64,000 nucleotides of DNA from Nitrospirota bacterium (GTDB taxonomy: Bacteria > Nitrospirota > UBA9217): NCBI GenBank assembly GCA_963796285.1, contig CAWCKW010000003.1, forward strand, positions 96,001-160,000, read 5' to 3'. The position numbers were made by a program, and so were the translations under genes. The notes under the pieces were generated by a model. The model was not told the origin of the DNA, made no database searches, and was given only the letters and a program-made list of their open reading frames with translations. Of this stretch, positions 58,404 to 64,000 are shown piece by piece (within the stretch, counting starts at the first letter, position 1; each line of letters starts with the position of its first letter).

Positions 58404-59654
58404 ATGAATTTAGTAGAACTCAAAGGAAAGAACATCGCCGAATTGACCGACATGGCGAACGACCTCAAGGTCGAAGGCGTCAGCGGCCTTAGAAAACAGG
58501 AGCTGATCTTCGCCATCCTGCAGGCGCAGACGGAAAAGAACGGCATGATATTCGGGGAAGGCGTTCTCGAGATCCTGCCCGACGGCTTCGGCTTCCTTCG
58601 AGCCCCCGATTACAACTATCTCCCCGGCCCCGACGATATCTACGTTTCCCCCTCCCAGATAAGAAGGTTCAGCATCCGCACCGGCGACACCGTCTCCGGC
58701 CAGATCCGGCCGCCGAAAGAGGGCGAGCGTTACTTCGCACTCCTCAAGGTGGACGCCATCAACTATGAAGACCCCGAAATATCCCGGAGCAAGATCCTGT
58801 TCGACAACCTCACGCCTTACTACCCCGAAAAAAAGATAAAGCTCGAGACCGGCCCGACGGACTATACCACGCGCGCCATAGACCTCGTCACGCCCATCGG
58901 CATGGGACAGCGCGGAATGATCGTGGCCCCTCCCCGGACCGGCAAGACCATGCTGCTCCAAGCCGTGGCCAAGGCGATCATCAAGAACCATCCGGATATC
59001 AAGCTCATCGTTCTGCTCATTGACGAACGGCCCGAGGAGGTCACGGACTGGCAGCGTCAGGTCAAGGCCGAGATCATCAGCTCCACCTTCGACGAGCCGC
59101 CCCAGAGGCACGTGCAGGTCGCGGACATGGTCATCGAGCGCGCGAAGCGGCTCGTTGAGCACAAAAAGGACGTCGTGATCCTGCTCGACAGCGTCACCCG
59201 CCTCGCGCGGGCGCACAACGCGATTATCCCGGCATCGGGCAAGGTGCTTTCCGGCGGACTGGACGCGAACGCGCTGCAGCGTCCCAAGAGGTTCTTCGGC
59301 GCGGCCCGGAGCATCGAAGGGGGCGGCGGCAGCCTCACCATCCTGGCAACGGCGCTCGTGGACACGGGAAGCCGCATGGACGACGTGATCTTCGAGGAGT
59401 TCAAGGGCACCGGCAACATGGAGCTCCATCTCGACAGGAAGCTGGTCGAAAAACGAGTGTTCCCGGCCATCGACATCAACGCGTCCGGCACCCGCAAGGA
59501 AGAACTGCTCGTCGACAAGGACGACCTGAACCGCATGTGGGTGCTCAGAAAGGTCCTGAACCCGCTCTCCACCGTGGAGAGCATGGAGTTCCTGCTCGAA
59601 AAGCTCAAACAATCAAAAACGAACAGGGACTTCCTGGACTCGATGAACAAGTAA
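58404..59654 (+). CDS. rho: Transcription termination factor Rho
   Basis: [48 protein letters not shown]. Confidence 0.99.
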   Translation: MNLVELKGKNIAELTDMANDLKVEGVSGLRKQELIFAILQAQTEKNGMIFGEGVLEILPDGFGFLRAPDYNYLPGPDDIYVSPSQIRRFSIRTGDTVSGQIRPPKEGERYFALLKVDAINYEDPEISRSKILFDNLTPYYPEKKIKLETGPTDYTTRAIDLVTPIGMGQRGMIVAPPRTGKTMLLQAVAKAIIKNHPDIKLIVLLIDERPEEVTDWQRQVKAEIISSTFDEPPQRHVQVADMVIERAKRLVEHKKDVVILLDSVTRLARAHNAIIPASGKVLSGGLDANALQRPKRFFGAARSIEGGGGSLTILATALVDTGSRMDDVIFEEFKGTGNMELHLDRKLVEKRVFPAIDINASGTRKEELLVDKDDLNRMWVLRKVLNPLSTVESMEFLLEKLKQSKTNRDFLDSMNK

Positions 59655-59840
59655 CCGGTCAAATATTTCGCTTGTAATTTTGGATGTTTTGTTATATTAT
59701 TCCGGACTTACGGTAACCAGTGGCGGACCCCCTTAGAAAGGGGATTCTCACAAGGGTGACCATGGTAAAGGTTTGAAATGTAGCGAGTAATACATAGAGT
59801 ACGTATTATGGCTTCAATAATAATCAGGAGGAGTAGAACC

Positions 59841-60041
59841 ATGAAACAGGGAATTCACCCGGACTACAAGCTGTCGGAGGTCCACTGCGCCTGCGGCGAA
59901 GCATACCAGACACGGTCCACAAAAGAGAGCATCAGGCTCGACATCTGCTCGGTCTGCCACCCCTTCTTCACCGGCAAACAGAAGCTCATCGATACCGAAG
60001 GCCGCATCGATAAGTTCCGCAAAAAATACACGAAGGCGTAA
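59841..60041 (+). CDS. rpmE: 50S ribosomal protein L31, Zn-binding form
   Basis: MKQGIHPDY, CACG, CSVCHPFFTGKQK, GRIDKF. Confidence 0.98.
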   Translation: MKQGIHPDYKLSEVHCACGEAYQTRSTKESIRLDICSVCHPFFTGKQKLIDTEGRIDKFRKKYTKA

Positions 60042-60065
60042 AGCAGCTTGCGAAATGCGAGACAT

Positions 60066-60125
60066 CGTAGGGGCAACCCTGTGTGGTTGCCCTGATTCGG
60101 GCGGCCGCACAGGGCCGCCCCTACG
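60066..60125. repeat. GTAG-family REP doublet (REPIN-like)
   Basis: CGTAGGGGCAACC-CTGTGT-GGTTGCCC with an inverted copy GGGCGGCC-GCACAG-GGCCGCCCCTACG. Confidence 0.8.
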
Positions 60126-60167
60126 TTTTTTATCGATGTCAAAATACTTTTTCACGAGGTCCCTGAC

Positions 60168-61076
60168 TTGTCAGATAGAGTGAACATAGGCGGCCAGGCG
60201 GTGCTCGAGGGCGTGATGATGCGCTCGCCGCGCGCCTTTACCGTGGCCGTACGCAAAGGCGGAAAACCCGACGCCGAGATCGTGGTCTTCGCGCAGGAGC
60301 TCAAGCCGCTCGGCGAACGGTTCCCGATCTTGAAGAAGAAGATCATCCGGGGTTCGGCAGCGCTGTTTGAAGCAATGTGGCTCGGCATCCGGGCGCTGAA
60401 TTTTTCAGCAAATGAATCGCTCGAAGAAACCAAGGACGGAAAGAAAGAGGAGATCGGATCCCTCGCCATGGCCGGAACCATGGTCGTGGCACTTGCCTTT
60501 TCCCTCGGCATCTTCCTGGCGCTCCCCCTCCTGCTGACCAACCTGCTCGGCTCATACTACGTTACGGTCAATAAGAACAGCCTCTTGTTCAACCTCACGG
60601 ACGGCGTGCTCCGGGTAGGGCTGTTTCTGGGGTATGTCTCCGGCATCTCGTTCATGAAGGACATCCGGCGGGTCTTCGAGTACCACGGCGCGGAGCACAA
60701 GGCCATCGCCGCCTATGAGTCCGGGGGAGAGCTCACGGTCCAGAACGCGCGGCAGTACTCCCGCATACACCCTCGCTGCGGCACAAGCTTCCTGATCGCG
60801 GTCATGGTGCTTTCCATTCTCCTGTTCTCTCTCATTCCGGGCAGCTGGCCTCTCTGGGCAAAAGGTCTTTCGCGGATCATCCTGCTGCCGTTGATCGCGG
60901 GGTTGGGATATGAATTCATCAAGTACAGCGCGAAGCAGTGCGGGACCCCTCTGATCAAAACCCTGATGCTTCCGGGACTCTGGCTGCAGCGGCTCACCAC
61001 GAGTGAACCGTCGGACGACCAGATAGAGGTCGCCATCAGGGCCCTGAACGAGGCCCTCGCGATGGAACCCCGCTGA
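60168..61076 (+). CDS. DUF1385 (YqhQ-like) membrane protein
   Basis: GGQAVLEGVMMR, FEYHGAEHK, HPRCGTSF, PGLWLQRLTT.EP. Confidence 0.92.
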   Translation: MSDRVNIGGQAVLEGVMMRSPRAFTVAVRKGGKPDAEIVVFAQELKPLGERFPILKKKIIRGSAALFEAMWLGIRALNFSANESLEETKDGKKEEIGSLAMAGTMVVALAFSLGIFLALPLLLTNLLGSYYVTVNKNSLLFNLTDGVLRVGLFLGYVSGISFMKDIRRVFEYHGAEHKAIAAYESGGELTVQNARQYSRIHPRCGTSFLIAVMVLSILLFSLIPGSWPLWAKGLSRIILLPLIAGLGYEFIKYSAKQCGTPLIKTLMLPGLWLQRLTTSEPSDDQIEVAIRALNEALAMEPR

Positions 61077-61090
61077 AGCGGGGTTTTTTT
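61066..61090 (+). terminator. Intrinsic terminator overlapping the DUF1385 stop codon
   Basis: AACCCCGC-TGAA-GCGGGGTT followed by a T run. Confidence 0.8.
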
Positions 61091-61109
61091 GTTTGAGGTC
61101 AAAACCCTG

Positions 61110-61197
61110 AACACGAATCACACGAATTGACGAATTTCATAAATAAGCATGTTTTGTTGTCTTCGTGGTATTCGTACTATTCGTGCAATTCGTGTTA
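61110..61197. repeat. Inverted ~9-mer repeat (CACGAAT type)
   Basis: AACACGAATCACACGAATTGACGAAT pairs with TTCGTGGTATTCGTACTATTCGTGCAATTCGTGTT. Confidence 0.75.
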
Positions 61198-61217
61198 TTC
61201 ATGATGTATTTACCCTT

Positions 61218-62285
61218 ATGTTCAAAAAATTAGAAGCAGTCGCGGAAAAATATGACGAGCTGACAAGGCTCTTGTCCGATCCTGTCGTCGCTGCCGACCA
61301 CCTCCAGTACCAGAAGTACTCCAAGGAGCGGTCGGACATCGAAGACGTGGTGAACCATTACCGCGCGTACCGGGACTTGCAGAAGCAGCTCCAGGAGGCC
61401 GCGGAGATCACCAACGACAAACAGGCGGACCCCGAGTTGCGCTCAATGGCGGACGCCGAGACCAAGGAGCTTGCACCGAAACGCGCGCAGATGGAGCAGG
61501 AGCTCCAGCTCATGCTCGTGCCCAAGGACCCTCGGGACGAACGGAACGTATTCCTCGAGATCCGCGCCGGCGCCGGCGGTGACGAGGCAGGACTCTTCGC
61601 GGCCGAGCTCTTCCGCATGTATTCGCGCTACTCCGAGAAAAAACGCTGGCAGGTCACTCTCCTGGACATGAGCACCACCGGCGTGGGCGGCGCAAAGGAA
61701 ATAATTGCCCAGATCGTGGGCAAGGGTGTGTTCAGCAGACTTAAATACGAGAGCGGCGTGCACCGGGTCCAGCGCGTGCCTGCTACGGAGGCGAGCGGCA
61801 GGATCCACACCTCCACGGTCACCGTGGCCGTGCTGCCCGAAGTCGATGACGTTGAAATTAATATAGAACAGAAGGACCTGCGCATCGATACCTACTGTTC
61901 ATCGGGTCCCGGCGGTCAGAGTGTGAACACGACCTACTCTGCCGTCAGGATCACCCACATCCCCACCGGCGAGGTGGTGGCGTGCCAGGACGAGCGTTCG
62001 CAGCTCAAGAACCGCATAAAGGCCATGAAGATCCTGAAGTCCCGCCTGCTCGAGAAGGAGAAGGCGAAGCAGGATGCCGAAACAGCCCAGGACCGCAGGT
62101 CACAGGTCGGCTCGGGAGAACGCAGTGAAAAGATCCGGACCTACAATTTTCCGCAAACCCGCGTGACGGACCATCGCATCGGGTTGTCGCTGTACCGGCT
62201 TGACGCAGTGATGGACGGCGACCTCGACGAGTTCATCGACGGACTGACCTCTGCGGCGAACGCAGAACGGCTGAAAAATCTATAG
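61218..62285 (+). CDS. prfA: Peptide chain release factor 1
   Basis: GGDEA.LF, HRVQRVPATE (PxT motif), GPGGQSVN, IRTYNFPQ. Confidence 0.98.
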   Translation: MFKKLEAVAEKYDELTRLLSDPVVAADHLQYQKYSKERSDIEDVVNHYRAYRDLQKQLQEAAEITNDKQADPELRSMADAETKELAPKRAQMEQELQLMLVPKDPRDERNVFLEIRAGAGGDEAGLFAAELFRMYSRYSEKKRWQVTLLDMSTTGVGGAKEIIAQIVGKGVFSRLKYESGVHRVQRVPATEASGRIHTSTVTVAVLPEVDDVEINIEQKDLRIDTYCSSGPGGQSVNTTYSAVRITHIPTGEVVACQDERSQLKNRIKAMKILKSRLLEKEKAKQDAETAQDRRSQVGSGERSEKIRTYNFPQTRVTDHRIGLSLYRLDAVMDGDLDEFIDGLTSAANAERLKNL

Positions 62286-62376
62286 AAGGCTTGACGGTTG
62301 GAAGATATGAAGGTGAATGAATGCGCTACTCGTCTCAACTTCCTGTCCTCATGCCATCCTGCTCCCGGTCGTTACC

Positions 62377-63240
62377 GTGACACTCGCTGAAGCCATCAAC
62401 AATGCGGTAAACCTGTTATCAACAGCGGGCATAACCAATGCCCGGCTCGACGCCGAAGTGCTTCTTTCTCATATCATTATGAAAGACCGCGTCTGGCTCA
62501 TCACTCATCGAGACGACGCACTCGATGAGAACCATCAGCGGGATTTTGCCGACATGGTCCGGCGCAGGGCCAGGCGCGAACCGCTTCAGCATATCATCGG
62601 CAACCAGGAATTCTGGGGCCTGGAGTTCATTGTCTCGCCCGACGTGCTCATCCCCAGACCCGAGACCGAGTTCATCATTGAAGCGGCACTCGCGATCGTG
62701 CAGAATCGGAACACGCTGGTCAGGATCATTGATCTCTGCACCGGCTCAGGCTGTATCGCCGTGAGCCTGGCAAAAGAACTGACCGCTGCCCGCATTATCG
62801 CGACCGACGCCTCTGAGAAAGCCCTTGCCATTGCACGGGAGAACGCCCGCAAGCATGGAGTTTCAGATCAGATACGGTTTCTCCTGGGCGATCTGTTCGA
62901 ACCACTGGAAGAACTGGACATTCGCGGGCAGATCGATATCATTGTATCGAATCCGCCCTATGTGCTGGCAGGCGATCTGTCCACGCTCCAGCCCGAGGTG
63001 AGGGATTACGAGCCTGAGATGGCGCTCATCGCCGGCCCCGAGGGAACGGAGATGGCGAAGAGGATCATCCAACTCGCGCCGGAGTATCTGAAAAAGAACG
63101 GCGCGCTCATAATGGAAATGGGGCTGGGTCAGGCAGAGGCGCTCACACGGATGGTCAAAGCAACCGGCGCATATGGCAACCGCGAAATACTGAAGGACCT
63201 GGCGGGAATTGAAAGAGTGATTGTCGCAAGAAAGGTGTAG
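62377..63240 (+). CDS. prmC: Release factor glutamine methyltransferase
   Basis: [37 protein letters not shown]. Confidence 0.96.
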   Translation: MTLAEAINNAVNLLSTAGITNARLDAEVLLSHIIMKDRVWLITHRDDALDENHQRDFADMVRRRARREPLQHIIGNQEFWGLEFIVSPDVLIPRPETEFIIEAALAIVQNRNTLVRIIDLCTGSGCIAVSLAKELTAARIIATDASEKALAIARENARKHGVSDQIRFLLGDLFEPLEELDIRGQIDIIVSNPPYVLAGDLSTLQPEVRDYEPEMALIAGPEGTEMAKRIIQLAPEYLKKNGALIMEMGLGQAEALTRMVKATGAYGNREILKDLAGIERVIVARKV

Positions 63241-63322
63241 GAGTCAGAAGCAGCGCCCGGGAACCACAGGAGAGCCCAAGAATTTTCTCCTGACTACTGA
63301 CTCCTTACGTACTGGATTCATC

Positions 63323-64000
63323 ATGAAATCAATCTACATCAACGGCGGAAAAAAACTGAGCGGCGAGGTCTTCATCAGCGGTGCCAAGAACGCCGCGCTC
63401 CCGATCCTTGCGGCAGCGCTTCTGTGTAAGGGGAAACACCGTATAATAAATGTCCCTCGCCTGGCGGACGTTACGACCTTCGGCAGGATCCTCCAGAATA
63501 TGGGGGTGTCCTTCGAGCGGCAGGACCGTGACGTTCTGATCGATTCCACAGCGCTCGCGAAGCCTGAGGCGCCCTACGATCTCGTGCGGACCATGCGCGC
63601 ATCGGTCCTGGTGCTCGGTCCGCTCCTAGCGCGCACGGGCAAGGTGCGCGTGTCGCTGCCCGGCGGCTGCGCCATCGGGGCCCGGCCGATCAACCTGCAC
63701 CTCATGGGCCTTGAAAAGCTCGGAGCGACCGTCGAGATCGAACACGGCTATGTCGTGGCAAACGCAAAGAGACTTCGCGGCGCCCACATCTATTTCGACA
63801 CCGTGACCGTGACCGGTACCGAGAACATCATGATGGCAGCCGCGCTCGCGGAGGGGGAAACGGTCCTCGAGAACGCCGCGCGGGAGCCCGAGATCGTTGA
63901 CCTCGCGAACGCCCTCATCCGTATGGGCGCGACGATCGAGGGAGCGGGCACGGACATCATCCGGATCCAGGGCGTCGAGAAACTCCATCCCCTGGACTAC
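63323..64000 (+). CDS. murA: UDP-N-acetylglucosamine 1-carboxyvinyltransferase, running off the window end
   Basis: [45 protein letters not shown]. Confidence 0.97.
   Translation, partial: MKSIYINGGKKLSGEVFISGAKNAALPILAAALLCKGKHRIINVPRLADVTTFGRILQNMGVSFERQDRDVLIDSTALAKPEAPYDLVRTMRASVLVLGPLLARTGKVRVSLPGGCAIGARPINLHLMGLEKLGATVEIEHGYVVANAKRLRGAHIYFDTVTVTGTENIMMAAALAEGETVLENAAREPEIVDLANALIRMGATIEGAGTDIIRIQGVEKLHPLDY

Noticed and set aside
58410-59612. 400-aa antisense ORF over rho, and similar long antisense or alternative-frame ORFs over uup, ahbD, the AmpG-like gene, yeeE and the NHL gene
   Set aside because: Shadow ORFs expected from GC-rich codon usage; they have no RBS or recognisable motifs and overlap clear conserved genes.

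Overview
A 64-kb chromosomal window from a moderately GC-rich diderm bacterium. Gene content (AhbD heme synthase, split b6-type Rieske/cytochrome b, TusA-YeeE-DsrEFH-like relay, rho-rpmE-DUF1385-prfA-prmC-murA) suggests an anaerobic or microaerobic Nitrospirota- or Desulfobacterota-like organism; this is inference. 1-30 kb holds housekeeping, stress and transport genes, a repeat-rich surface lipoprotein, and a decayed cluster of attC-like hairpins at 12.8-13.8 kb. Eight apparent +1 frameshifts, all in the first 26 kb, look like read or assembly errors. 30-37 kb holds two divergent envelope modules: an NHL/FN3/transglutaminase-like/TPR giant with a small partner, and a CFI-box-CTERM protein with an outer-membrane barrel. 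38-43 kb holds sulfur-relay and Rieske/cyt b operons. 43-58 kb is an MSHA-like type IV pilus locus containing tandem-duplicated pilins, a TMTC-like (GT-C plus TPR) glycosyltransferase, a Ser/Thr-rich adhesin, a stand-alone MerR-type HTH, and prepilin leaders built from heptamer repeats; this is the best candidate for an undescribed system. 58-64 kb is the conserved rho to murA region. Many genes appear leaderless, and several 5' leaders or intergenic regions look like structured RNAs. I saw no tRNA, rRNA, CRISPR array, integrase or transposase. All family assignments come from motif recognition, not database searches.
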